64,000 nt of DNA from Bigelowiella natans CCMP2755. Lineage: Eukaryota > Protista > Cercozoa. Every line of letters starts with the position of its first letter. The first letter of the stretch is position 1. The notes below the pieces were generated by a model that saw only the letters and a program-made list of their open reading frames with translations, searched no databases and was not told where the DNA came from. A program made the position numbers and the translations under genes. Positions 38,544-52,306 of the stretch are shown here, in pieces. The DNA lies in contig ADNK01000772.1 in assembly GCA_000320545.1 (NCBI GenBank), positions 62,001-126,000 of the forward strand, in the 5' to 3' direction.

Positions 38544-39096
38544 GCACGCACCAAGGAGGAGGGGGCGAAGGATGAAAACGAAGAAGAATAAGGGCATTTA
38601 TTCTACGTAGTATTCGTTTATATCACTGTTTGCCTAGCCTCGCCTTATCGACTCCATCTGATCCTAATCGCTTCAGGTTGACTTTGGTTTAGTGTTCCGC
38701 AGCATTGTATCCATGGTGGGTTGGAAGAAGGGATGGTGGAAGAAGGGGGGGCCACAGGACGAGGGTGAGGACGATGACGACGCTGTGAAGGGCAGGGGGA
38801 AGTGTGCGTTATGCGGCTTATCTCCCATTGTAGTTCCTATGAGGGCGACACCCTGCACGCACGTCTTCTGCTACACGTGCCTTAGGTAGTAGTTGTAGTA
38901 GTAATGAGAAGAAGAAGAAGGAAGAAGAAGCAGAAGCAGAAAAAGCAATTTTCTTATTTCTTCTTCATTACTTGTTTGAGTTTTGGTTAACAAAGTCTTC
39001 CTTCTCTGTGGCTCCATCAGGTCTCTACGCATGGAATCGCCCAATCCTGTTTGCCCAAGGTGCTGCAAATCCACTCTCCCTCGCCCTTCAAAAATG

Positions 39097-39137
<41 letters not shown>

Positions 39138-39231
39138 CACTGACAATTATTTTGCCGTCAGGTGCTCTAAGAAGATAGTAGGGGAACAGCGGGTGATATA
39201 TCATGTGCCAAACGAATCGAAACGAAAATAG
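35177..39231 (+). CDS. PEX2: Peroxin-2 (peroxisomal RING E3 ligase; Pex2_Pex12 domain plus C3HC4 RING)
   Basis: Exons give RVNQLDAQTLDDDL, TPGMELQNL, FLAG|GTYRNLVERLLRIR, RALSFEFMNQ|YLVWRTVARFLLFAIPL and the RING CALCG...PCTHVFCYTC...CPRC. Stop at 39229-39231. Confidence 0.93.
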
Positions 39232-39545
39232 GAAGATGAGATGATTAACAAGCGCAATGAGGCATGAACGATTGATACGATCTGCAATCGAGAACAAACT
39301 GGCATACATTTACGTTGTTACTAGATGTGCAGCGTAGCACGCCATGGTATTATTAGAGAAAAATTCTCATCTGTCTAGTTATCATGCCATGTGCTGTACA
39401 TGGATGTAGGTAGCATGGCATGTAGCATGTGCTGTGCTTCGCCAAGTTCCTATGGCACACACTCGGTCATCACCAGGTGACTATTGAAAATACTTAATCA
39501 CATCATATTGCACCCGTCTCATGCTCAGCACCAGCGCGCAATGCG

Positions 39546-39584
<39 letters not shown>

Positions 39585-39946
39585 ATGCTGCATCAACGGT
39601 CACGTACGTACATCCACGCAATGTCAATTGTGAAGCATCGATCCACTCCGCATCACATAATTGCACGCCAAGCAACACATGAACGCGGAGTGCATCGTAC
39701 GTACGCCAAGCTAGCAAGTACGGAATATGATATGTGCACTGCCACGGCCTAGCAGCGATGCGACACGCATTTTTGTAGCTGCATGGCGCATGCAAACGAT
39801 TATTCAGAAGTTGCAATGAGGCGTTGCTTCGACTGTCAGTCTTTCTCTGAAGACACATACACTTCTCTCTCGGACAGGACTAGAGGGCAATGACACGCTA
39901 TTATCGCTACAACAAGTCTTGTGAGGCAAAAAGCCCCTCGTACTCC

Positions 39947-40001
39947 TCATTCTCGGACTTCTAAAATGGACTCTCCCCACGTCTGAATACGACACCCAAT
40001 A

Positions 40002-40045
<44 letters not shown>

Positions 40046-40622
40046 TGCATTGGTAAAGATTAGTGGTATCAGCATTCACATTGGAATATGTATTAGTTAT
40101 ATTAGTACCTAATGCATTCACATGCATGCTTGACATCGTAACAGAAACAAACAAGTACAATTTAAGCGCTGTAGCCGCGGCTTTGCACAGCTACATTAGG
40201 ATGAGAATTGAGAGCAAATTCAACTTCTTCGTTACATCCGTCTCCTATTAGTACTACGTACCTGTGCGACTGCAGAACACCGAAGCTTCGTCAGAGAGTA
40301 GAGGTGAAAGAGAGTGAACATTGTTCCTAGTCCGAGTGCAAGTCGGGCAGTTTGGAAGTCCGACTTGAAATGAATTGCAACAATGTGGGTATTTAATTGC
40401 ACAACTAATATAACACACACGCACACACGCACACGCACACACACTCACGCGCACGCACAACATGTATGTGCAATGTAAATTTAATTGCGATATGGACTTT
40501 ATATATTTTCTTTGTTTCTTCTCCCGAAGGTTTGTCGACCTGGAGGCCCATAAAAGACACTGCTAACATCACCAGGCGATACCTAGGTTGTTCCACGTAT
40601 ATTATCGATGTTTTAACAAGTA

Positions 40623-40666
<44 letters not shown>

Positions 40667-41295
40667 TATGTAGAGGACGTGCAGATATGCGTGGCTGATC
40701 ATCATAGGCAACCATTTGTATCCTCCACCCTGGGTTGCAGTATCGATCGTCGTTGTGGAAAGCGCTCTCTCTGTCTGTCTCTCTGTATGGCATTTAAAAC
40801 ATATTCTATAACCCACCATTTATCCGGGTGGTGGCGATGAATGCGGTATTGATCATATACCCAGTGAAGGAAGCCAATCGACCTGTTAAGAGGCAGCATT
40901 ATTATTATTCAGTTGTCGTTGTTCCGGTTTTACTACTACCACACTCCTTTACTTATTGTTAGGGAGGGGGAGGGAGAGCGTCACGTAAGGGGGAGATTAG
41001 TCAGATGAACGAGGGATCGACGATGACAACGAGGATGATGATGATGATGATGACGACGACGTAAACTAGGATGCTGCCGACGAAGCTAACGAGCAAGCAC
41101 TACGTCCACACTCACCCCAAAATGAGCATTCCTGTGACAAGGAAATCGAAGTAAACCCGGTAATACGCCCAGTTTTCGTGCGTCGTCCACCATGGCCAAA
41201 AGTCGCACACACGGTACCTTAAGAATCATCACAGCATATCCAACGATCTTTCAGCCGTTGACCAATCGTTGACTCAAAGTTAACACAAATACTGA

Positions 41296-41327
<32 letters not shown>

Positions 41328-41792
41328 ATTATCTATAAGAGAATCAGCTGCACTACAGTTTCAGCGCGAGGTCTATCTTGGAGAGGTGGAGGAAGGGGGA
41401 GGCAACCGCAGCTACGAGTAGCATCATCAAGGTCATCACCTGTGTAAGAACATGCACACAATGATTACCATACATACATACATACACACATACATACATG
41501 TGGCAGTGCCTGTCATTTTGTGCGCGTGTCGCGTGTGCGTGTGTTTGAGGTGGTGTGCTTTACGCAGAATAGCTGCTTCCAATTCTGCTGCCATTCACAC
41601 AAGTAACATCTGTTTCTCGAAGCTGTGTTCCGACGACTACTACTGCCGCTGCTTCTATATCAAATACTACACTACACACCAGAATGGAAATCGTCGTCAC
41701 AAAGCGCTTGTCCAGCAGAATTGGTGCGAACCTTTTCAGTATTCCCCCCCCCCCCTCGAAATTAGTCACACTCTGATTTTCTCTCTCAATCT

Positions 41793-41864
<72 letters not shown>

Positions 41865-41897
41865 GGAAGACATGCCGTGTTTCACCACATCATCATT

Positions 41898-41929
<32 letters not shown>

Positions 41930-43433
41930 CACTATCATCGCACTACTATTATGTATCTGTAATCGCCGTCTTTGTTGTTTCTACCATGCGCGCCTGAGCT
42001 GGTACTGATAATGACACTGCTGACACTGATAATAGCTGTGGGGATTTTGGCTGCTACGTCGCCACTAAACACGCAAGGAGCAAGATATAGCGATTGTATT
42101 ATGATCGGGGAGGGAAGGAAGGAACGAGGCAAGTAGTCACGACAGAGTAATGCAACCAATAAGAAACGAACAAACACCCCAATCAATCAATTAATTAAGG
42201 TATCGTAAAAGAAGATGAAGAGAGGCTAATTATGACTGGGACGATGATATATTCTCTTCACCTCATTCAGGCACTCCACGTGAACCATCTAATGATATTA
42301 TTTAAACAAGAAGAAGAAAGAAAGGTAGGTTATAAGGCTGAGGCCGATAATAAACGATTGAAATCATCTTCTATCGTGGGTGGGGATGTTCGCATATCCT
42401 CCTCCTCCTCCTCCTCCTTCTCTCTTGCCTGCTGCCTATCTTCTAATCTGCTAATATCAATATCTCAATAGTACCTGCATAGAGCCACGACACAAGCAAG
42501 GGGAGAACAACCTTCCCTCTTCAGGACCCTACAAACCATCGACTACATCATCCTCCTCCTCCTTATCATCACGCATCATCTTCTATCATTATTCGCATTT
42601 TGCTAAGATGCAGTAGTGGTGGTAGTAGTAGTTGTTGTAGAAGTAGCATAAAAGCTCCGACCTCAAGGCAAATCCTGCATCTTGGCTGGTCATCGTCTTC
42701 CTCTTCACCACCCCTCTCTTCACTCTTTCCTTCAAATTCACCACGGGAATAACGAGATGAAGAAGAAGAAGAAGAGAAGGAGGAGGAGGATTGTTGATTA
42801 TTGGTGGGGGGAGAGCTGTGTGGTCGCCTATGTCGCAATGTTGATGCTGCAGCTTCCGTCGCTTTAGAATCCTCTTGTGCCTCCTTGTCGCATTTCATGT
42901 CTTCGAGCGACATCGCAATGGCAGCTTAGAAACCACATAGGAGGAGTTAGTTACAGCAGAATCCAAAGGGGAGGGGAGGAGGAGAAGATTCTCAAACAGA
43001 ATGATGCAAAGCAGCACGAAATACCGCTGCCATACGCTGTGTGGATAAGTGACTTTTTGCTACCTTTGAGGTCGGGGTCGTCGTCCTCTTCGTCGGCATT
43101 TCCTACTCCTCGCCCAACTGCTGCTGCTGCTGTCGCATTGGAGGGAGATGATGACGATGACATTAAAGATCCTGCTAATCTTGAGAACCCAAGTCCAAAT
43201 CCACTATTATTATTGCCGTCGTCAACATCATCATCGCCATTTTCTTCGCGGGTCCCTACTACCTGATTTTGGCGAATAATCGTTCAGCCGTACTTGCACG
43301 TATGTTAGTAGTAGTAGTAGTAGTAGCAGTAGTAGTAGTAGCAGTAGTAGGTAGATTTGAATAAACAACCTGCAGTAACACCCGTTTTGCCATCAAGACA
43401 GACCTCTCCTCCTCAGAACTCGCAGATACGTAC
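39947..43433 (-). CDS. RING-CH (MARCH-type, C4HC3) membrane E3 ubiquitin ligase with an N-terminal UIM; start codon not located
   Basis: DEEDDDPDLK|AAIAMSLED is a UIM. The RING reads CRICLE|GPEEGRLFSPCLCRGSMQ|MVHVECLNE|WRRSSQNPHSYYQCQQC. Several hydrophobic exons follow, ending in TWGESILEVRE*. Confidence 0.85.
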
Positions 43434-43610
43434 CTCTCTATCCATCTTTGTTAGTCAAAATCCAATGATCATTATCATTATCGTTCATCATCATCATCAT
43501 CATCACCACCACCACCACCATCGCTACTACCAGCATAATCATAATAACGCAAAAATGATACATTCTATCACAATCGGGCGTCGTCGACCACATAGAAGGC
43601 TGCTGCCCTT

Positions 43611-43663
<53 letters not shown>

Positions 43664-44187
43664 ATTGTTTCATATATTTTGTGCAGATATATGTACATAC
43701 AACAACTTTATGCAGCATTAATCCTAGTGTCCTATAATTGCGTTGTAGGTGTGTGCGCGCGCGCGCGCGCGTGTGTGTGTGTTTAAGTAGGCAGCTGCAG
43801 ACGATTGGATGTGAAATATTCCAATTATTATATGCTGCCTATAAGGGGCACCTTCGCACTGTTGAGAGCGACATCAATTTTTGCTCCAGATCTGCTTTCT
43901 TTCCTCTCTCCAGTCCTAAAATCTATCGAAAGGGGGAGGAGAACTTTGGCCCTGTACACTCGCTTTTGGAACAACATCATCTGCGGCGAACGAAAACTCT
44001 CTCTACGCCTGCCTCGCTTAAAAAAATCATGTAAGGATACAAACAATCGCTACCTTGACAGTATTAGGCTTTAATTTGAACTCGCTCGTCGCCCTACATC
44101 GATGATGTCGAAAAGGGCTTATCATAAACAGGAATACGACGAATAACGACAAGCAAACCTTTCTATTGGACTAAATCTATTAATCAG

Positions 44188-45443
44188 TGATGTGAAACGC
44201 GAACACCCTGTCTTCCTCCCTCCTCCAAAAATGACCATTTGGACAAATCTACCACGCACACATAATACATCGAAGACCTACTACAATGTTCTTCTTTTAT
44301 TCTTCTTTCGAACAACAAAGCACCTCGTGGCGATGTCTCTAACTTTGTCAGCTGGATGGAAGTACGACACAATCTCGTTTCTCATCATCTTCAAACAAAT
44401 AGGCACCTTCCCGTCTTGCATGCTGACATTATGATGAGAGAAAGAGACAGAATCGCTTAGGATGACGATCAATCATCACCTATTAAGACATCATTGTCAT
44501 GATTAAATGCCTTACAATTTGTGACGCCTAGCAGCAATCTGTCGGTAAGCTTGCAGGGGATTTGAAGCTGCTGAATCATCAGCATATCACGATGATATTG
44601 TTGTTGTTGATGATGATGATGATACGCACAGTAGTTAGTCAGAAGAAACGACGTACAGGTTCGAAAGCTAACTAAAGGAGAAAATACAGGACTCCAAATC
44701 ACGGACCTTTCGTCTCCATGCCATCCGAACAGCCATGCTTTCCTTCCATGGTGACTCCTTGGTCGCACGTAGGTTCGTTCAGTGGCGACGATAATTATTG
44801 CAAATGTTTTCCAACATATTCTATTTAGATCAAATATCATCCTACATATATCGTAAATATTATTTCTATATTTTGTTGAGATTTTAATCTAGCGTCATTA
44901 TATTTACATTGACGTAGTATCAAATTGTGTTAAGTCGCTAGGCATTCCCCCCCGTGCTGCACATCTGGGCAAATATGGGGTCGGAAAACTTTCGCGGTGC
45001 GATGGGCGCGCTGGAGACCGCTGAAATGCAAGTTATCAGACTCATACACTATGCCTCTCAAATTGCGAATCATTGCAGCAAAGGTTGTTCTTCTTTTCAA
45101 CATTTTGCATTCTAATCGATCATTTCTAACAACACCCTCTCTATTGGTAGTGACCCCGGAAGGAGCTAGAGACGCGAAAGATAATTTGAAGAAGTACATG
45201 GAAACATTGAAAGTAATGACATATCTCTAGAATTACATCATAACGAAAGCCAGGTGCTGGTGTTTTTTTAAAGTGATTATTTTACTCGGCTTTCAGGCAC
45301 TCCAACAACGACTAAAAATATGTATCGAACGAAGCCCAGTGGGTCTCGAAAATACTGTCAACTGCCACGAAGAGCACTTGAAATTTAGGCTGGCTGCTGA
45401 AGCGTGTGATGTTCTTTTGGATGAGATAAGTAAACCGCTATAG
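44188..45443 (+). CDS. Hypothetical protein with short introns
   Basis: Short GT-AG-bounded open exons (...MPLKLRIIAAK, TPEGARDAKDNLKKYMETLK, ALQQRLKICIE...LLDEISKPL*). No recognisable domain, and the 5' exons are unresolved. Confidence 0.45.
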
Positions 45444-46163
45444 TCCATGCTAGCTTTAAAAAATAAAATGACAGTGAAAGGAAAGCGTATTCGCTCATTT
45501 ACAGCCTTGAATTGTACATATACACACGCGAAAATGAGTGAAATTGTAAGCTAATATTAAAAACTACAGCTACTATAATGCGCTACATGCTAGCATTTTA
45601 TTTGCTATGTAAACACATGTGTAAGTAGCAGTTTGTTTGGGCTTTTCATTACATATATTATCTTCTGTACAGTGCAGCTAGAGCTTGGCGCGAACTCATT
45701 TCATATACATGTGCAATGTCACATTGGCATCATATGTTTTCATTGTTGTTCAGCACGCATATACGATAATAGTCTTTGCCCAAGCGATTGAACACGATGC
45801 TAGCTAGCAACAGTGCTAGAGCGTGCATGCTGCAGCGGCGATCAAGAGGGGTACGAATATGCTGCTACTTGAAACACAGAAATGTGCTCATTGAACAAGT
45901 GGGTATGCAAACGTGTGCAAATGTTTTTGATACACTCGTGCTGCTACAATGCGTAACTACATGTAAATATTCCAATATGTTGCACGAGCTGTACTAACGT
46001 GTAGTTTCGATCAATTTATAAAGCTACAATGTGATAAATAAGAATGCAAAGTCGTGACACATGATGGTGTGACACCTGATGAAAATATCCGACAGATAAT
46101 TGGCCCAGGAATCAATCCATCGAGGATACATCATCAAAATCAGGACGGAATTAGCTACGTGCG

Positions 46164-48059
46164 TCAATTTTTGCAGCATAGACTCATGATGGGATGCGAT
46201 GCCGGGATTGTGTAGGTTAGGTAGCAAATGGTCACCGCCACATAACACCAATATCCAAAATCAGACGTCGCAACATAAGAAGAGCGTTCTTGCTCGAACG
46301 ACTCGGAATAGGAGTTTTTGGCCGAATACTCAACAGTAGCATTGACTGCCAGAGACAGGCATACGGCAATCATTATCAGCATCGCCGCGACACCAAGGCA
46401 GAGCAGCTTTCGCGCCATGCTCAGACCTAGGCCTTTGTAATTGCTGGAGGATTTTAACACTGCAATCTGTGTCCACGATTCGTTCACTTCATTGAGCCCG
46501 TACAGATTTTTATTTATCTTCCCTTCTCCTCCGTCCTCCAGTTCTCTTCCTATTCGAGTCATCGTGATGGAGGAGCACAAGGAATTGTTTTTTTGGAATG
46601 CTACTGACGACGACAATTTTGATGCTGAGAGAGCAGTAGAAGCAGTAGCAGCAGAAGCTGCAGCAGTGTATCCTGTAGCAGCAATGAACCCTCCTCCTCG
46701 TGTGTCGACAGAATGGGAGCATGTACTTGTCGTAGTAGCACATATTGTCGATACCTCTGCTGTTGATTCTGCTATTGTTGTTGTTGTTGCTGTTCTTGCT
46801 GCTGCTGGAGCTCCAAGATTCAACTGTGTCAGGATTGGAGGTGGCAGTAGGAGAGATGGCGTGACAAGACTGGACTTGCTATCGTGCAAAACTGTAGCTG
46901 CTGCTTTCGGACTTGAATTTCGTCCACGCAACGAAGGGCTTGAAAGTGACGCACGTTGCTGCGGTCTGCTTGCACCCCCCTCTGTGTTACGACCTACTTT
47001 GCCGCATATATTATTTGCACGATTAGGCGAGGAGAGTGAAGCAGTGGTAGGTGTGCTTGCCGTGCTTGCAACTGTGGGAATGACGGCAGTGCCAACAGCA
47101 TCCTCCGAGAAGTTATTGCGTTGTAGTTCGCCTTCTGCCTTGAAAGATGGTCGAGTAATAGAGGGCCTGGAGACGTATTGGAGCTGCGAAGGCTGCCAAG
47201 TGTTGGAGACGGTTCGCTTATTGCCTCCGATGCGTGAATTTTTATAGTTTCTGGCGGGTACGTTGGAATTCTCATCATTCAAGGTCACAAGGGATTTGAG
47301 ATACCTGAACGGGAAAAGAGTTATTAGAAGAGCAGCCTATGAAAGTATTGGCGGGTGCTCGTAGTTGCAGAGTTGTGTGCTTTCTATTTCTTGTTGTGCT
47401 TTTTACACGGATCGGAAGCGGAACAACGTTCTTGTGAAGTACGTGCCGGTGAAGGCGATCGCAACGAGAAGGCCAACATGCTTCAACGCATTCCATTTCC
47501 TGGAGTCAGTCACTGCCGTGCCGACAAATGATGCGATGAATATCGACCCCGTAGCCACAGCACCTGAGAGATAGTAACAGAGAATATTTCTAGGATTCAT
47601 TCCGCTGGAGAATTATAGAAGTATTCTTGAACTCCTATTTACCGATCTGTATGACTTTTGTGGAGATTGGAGTCATAGATCTCCGCAGCCTCAGTGTCTT
47701 ATGAAAGGCCAAGCAGATAGAGAAAGCCAAGTACTATGATGATGTTGTAGAAAATGGGTGAGTTGACAACGATGGAACGAATTTGTGATATTTCTACCTC
47801 CCCAATGAACACGGCAAGAGCCTTCAAAAACCAAAAAAATCGAGGTTAATTAAACGGAAGGGCATGGGCATAAATGAGTTGACAACTGATAGGGAAACGA
47901 TGACAACAACTATGACGAAGGCTCTGCTCGTCGTAAATCATTTCTCGATCTTAATCTATTTAGTACCAAATGTAGGAAGGAAAAAGCAAGGAAACTTTCC
48001 CAGGACAGTGATCCTGGTTCATGAGCGGTCTACAAAAGCCAAATTTCAATACAAAAAAT

Positions 48060-48093
<34 letters not shown>

Positions 48094-48269
48094 TCATTTG
48101 TACGCACAAGCGTGACGAAGATCCCAGTCGTGCAGAGAGTAAGCACCGCATAGCGATAGAGGCGGATATTTCTTTTTGTGTTCTCAAAAAAAAGCTGAAG
48201 AACAGCTGCAGCCACAAAGAGATAGGCCACTGCCTTCAACGTGTCTGACACCATCCACTCGTAGTCCAT
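46164..48269 (-). CDS. Seven-transmembrane (GPCR-like) protein with a very long third intracellular loop
   Basis: Seven hydrophobic segments: VAYLFVAAAVLQLFF; YAVLTLCTTGIFVTL; AFVIVVVIVSLSVVNSF; ILCYYLSGAVATGSIFIASFVG; VGLLVAIAFTGTYF; then ~280 aa of S/T/A-rich loop; LLCLGVAAMLIMIAVCLSLAV; FGYWCYVAVTICYLTYTI. Some splice junctions are approximate. Confidence 0.65.
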
Positions 48270-48908
48270 ATTCCTCTTGGACCGCTATGATCAACTCTCA
48301 AGCCACAAAACAGAATGTGTTATGCATTACAATTAAATGCTGCGACAGCTAGAAATCAGTTAATTTGTCCCCGGATGTACAACACAACACCGCATTGTTC
48401 CTTCCACCGTGATACTCGCACAGCGCGCTCTCCGCCAACGGGTCGCTGAGCATGTACTTGTGGCGAGACTAGGTTGTCGCAGGTTTTTTACACAGTCCAG
48501 CACAGGCGATGAAACTGTACAAAGTGTTGTTTTGTGCAATAATTCCATGTTCCCCTTCCTTTTACATGTAGTTAACGGACACGCGTCTTGCACATAGGTT
48601 GGAGTTGAAATGGGTTTCGAGGCAGCGCTCATTCACCTTCTCCCTTTCTACCTACTTTACGAGATTTTCCTAATAAAAATATATCTTTTTGCCAGCGAGA
48701 ATCTCTACTAAAATTCAAGGACTTTTACGAGAAACGACATAAGGATCCTTGAATAAGAATGTAAGAAGGGAAGGCCGAACGCGTGCGAATGTTGTAGTTG
48801 TTGCGGAAATGGGATGATCTCTGGCATCTTGCTTAAGGTTTCCCTCCCTCAACAGAAAACATTAGAAACTGAGTAGAACTAGGACGGCAAGAAAGAAAGA
48901 GAGCGGAC

Positions 48909-51424
48909 ATGCGGGGCCGCCTGTGGCTCTGGGGGATCCTCTTCACTACACTGTACGCCGCAGAACCTAGGACGATCATTAATGCTCGACGTACGGCTTC
49001 AATACAAGCTAACGCCTTCGCTACGTCTCGGCGATGGAAGGACGGGGGGAGGCATGGCTTCATTTATGGTGATCGAAATGGCCGCCCCCAGGTTCGAACC
49101 CCAAAACTCGTAGTTGCGCGCCACGATGATTGCTGCGGGTGCGGCGAGGGGACAAACAGGGATACATCGATCCTGGATCGAACTACCTCGTCCGAGCACA
49201 ACCACCACCACCACCACCACCACCCCCATTCCTCGCACTCGCACTCGCATTCGCACAACCACGACCGCCACCAGCACGGCTCGCCATCTTCGCCGTCGGC
49301 CGCCGGATCCCTCGCCCTCGCAGTACAGTCTGAAGGCGGTGATCAGAAGAAGGAAGGGGAGCCCATAAGTAACCTATCGATGGTATCTGACATGATGAAG
49401 AGCCTGTGGAGGCGTGACCCTGGCCTCGCATTAACCGGATCGCTGCTATTAGTCAGCGCAAAGGCGGCCAAAATCCTCGTCCCCGTGCTCTACAAGCTGA
49501 TCTTCGATCAGATCGAGCACGTCACCACTGATGCAGTGTCAATGACGACCGCGACTCTGTTCGGGGTATCTGCGCTGGTGCTTGGCCATATGGGCGCCCG
49601 ATCTGTCGCGCAAGGCCTTCAGTCGATAAACGACGTCATCTTCGCCCGCTCAGTCCAAACTGTCACTCGCGATCTAGGCCGAAGGTATAACCATTATTGC
49701 CACCAGCTCCTGAATAAAGAAAGGGAAGGGGGGGGGGGGAGTTGAGAAGCCCGCACAATCTATGGGTTTCCTCATATTCTCTTGCAACTGTCAGGTCGCT
49801 GTCGCGGCTGCTGGCGCTTGATGCCAGCTTCTACACGAACGCAAACGTCGGAGCGATGACGCGTGTTGTAGAACGTGGTATGCGCGCCACGCAAACCGTC
49901 CTCAGTCGGCTCTTCATGCACCTTGTTCCGCAGTTTGTCGAGCTTACGATCGTAGCGTACATAATCTATCTGAAGGCAGGTAATTGCAGCATGTTCTCCA
50001 ACGATGTATAGTTGGAAAAGAGGAAAGGAGGTTATATAGGAAAGGAAGAGAGAGAGGGGGGAGGACTGATGTTACTGGTTCTCGTCGTGAGGAGAATGTG
50101 CTTTGGATCAATGATGCCAATTAATATTTGCAGGCGTAGCAATGGCAGCGGGTGCAGTCGCCACTGTGACCGCTTACGCCGCTTTTACCCTCGCCACAGT
50201 GAAGAAAAGGAATGTATTCTTGCGGGAGATGAACGTACAGGACAATCAAGCGACCGGGCGCGTACTTGAGACACTTCTAAACTATGAGGTGGTGTGGTAA
50301 GGTGGTAGGGGGGGGTGGGGGAAGCGGTTTAAATCGGTTTAAATCTTCCTCATCCAGAAATATCGAAATCAGCGATAAAGGCGTTGTTCTACTCACCCTC
50401 CTTGGGCCCTTTGATCATTCCTCCTCCTCCTCCTCTTCCTTCTCTTGCTCTTCCATCTGCACACAGTTTTCACATCATTGTGATTTATCTGCACAGTACC
50501 AAACAACAGCATACTCTCTCCTCTCTACAGGTAGTCAACTCTTTCAACCGGCAGGAGCACCAAATAGACTCATACGATAAGACCCTGCAGCAGTATCAAA
50601 AGGCACAGCGGGGTTCCCTCCGGCAGCTCGCACTCCTTAACTTTGGCCAAAGAACGATCGAAGCGGTTGGACAGGGGGCGCTGCTCCTCCGCACAGCCCT
50701 TCTCGTTTCAACTGGAGCGATGACTATTGGGGACTTGCTCATGGTGTGTTGTTGTTGTTGTTGTTGTTGTTGTTGCTCTTCTTCTTCTTGCTCTTCTTCT
50801 TGTTGTTGCGACGACGACGACGTGTGTGCTTGTGCGTCTGTTTTCTTTCTTCTTTTAATTTCAATCTTTGAGGAAGATTTTAGAACCATCGTTATCGGTC
50901 ATACCATGTATTCATTTTCCCCTTCCTCCTCCCCCTCCTCTTACCCCTCCTCTCCCTCCACCCTATCATAATTGTCGCTGTTTGCATCGTTCCAGGTCAA
51001 CGCATTACTGGCGCAGTTGATGGGGCCCCTAGATCATCTTGGCGCCAACTACATGCAACTCACACAAGGTTAGCCGCTCATGAACCAGAAACCAATATCT
51101 GGAAAACAATCAGTGACTAAGGAAGACATCATGGAGAGGGGGGGGACGCAGTAATAAATGTGAGGGTGTGTGGCTGCTGGCGCTGATGTGAATATTGATC
51201 TCAGTGACGTTGGTTTGATGATAGGCCTGATCGAAGGAAAAGAGCTATATCGTCTCATAGATACACAGACAAACGTCTCTGCTAATGCAGACTGCCCACC
51301 ACTGAAAGTAAGTAGTCATAACAACAAGCCCTCCAAGAAGAAATAGAAGAAGAAGAAGAAGAAGAAGTACTCTGCATCACTATTGAGGACATCATCGTGA
51401 TCAAGAGGAACTCACCCCCCCCGG

Positions 51425-51490
<66 letters not shown>

Positions 51491-52272
51491 CGTGTGTTCT
51501 GCTTTCCTCTCACAATTTAACCCCCTCTTTCTCCTCCCACTGTTGTGGACTGGTTAACAACAAAATACTAGGTGAAAAGCGGTACCATCGAGATAAAGAA
51601 CATCACGTTTGGATATCCAAGTTCGGCTCAAGATGCGCCATTGTTTCAGGGTTTTGATCTCACAATAGAAGGTACTACTACCCAGTAGTTTATGTAGTAA
51701 GTATTGCTAGCAGCGGGAGGAGGAGGTGATAGAGGAGGAGGAGGAGGAGGAGGAGGAGGAGGAGGAGGCTGTTTCCGGCAATAGTGATGAAGACAACGAT
51801 GACAAAAGAAATGGCGGGATTGTAGCTGTCTCTTACTTGATGAACATGCAGTGTACAAACACGTCCTAATCACATCCACAAAAACGATAACAAAACTAAT
51901 GATAATGATGATAATGAATACTAACAAATACAAAAGGTGGTAAGACCATCGGGATCGTAGGAGAGAGCGGATGTGGCAAATCAACACTCTCGCGACTGCT
52001 GACACGGTTCTACGACGTCCAAGGAGGGAAGATCCTCGTGGACGAGCAGGACATCTCGAAAGACGTGTCGCTTGCATCTGTTCGCCACGCAATCACTACG
52101 GTATCACAAGACACAAAGCTTTTCAACGAGGACATTCTCTCCAATCTCAAGTGAGTTTGAGTAGTAACTGCTATTTGTGTAGTAGTAGTAGTAGTAGTGA
52201 GTCGTAGCAGCAGCAGCAGCAGCAGCAGCAGCGGATGTTGCGATGACGTCCTGGTAAAACAACAACGACAAT

Positions 52273-52306
<34 letters not shown>

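Noticed and set aside
46441-47247. 268-aa plus-strand ORF
   Set aside because: It is the antisense shadow of the large exon of the minus-strand 7TM gene.
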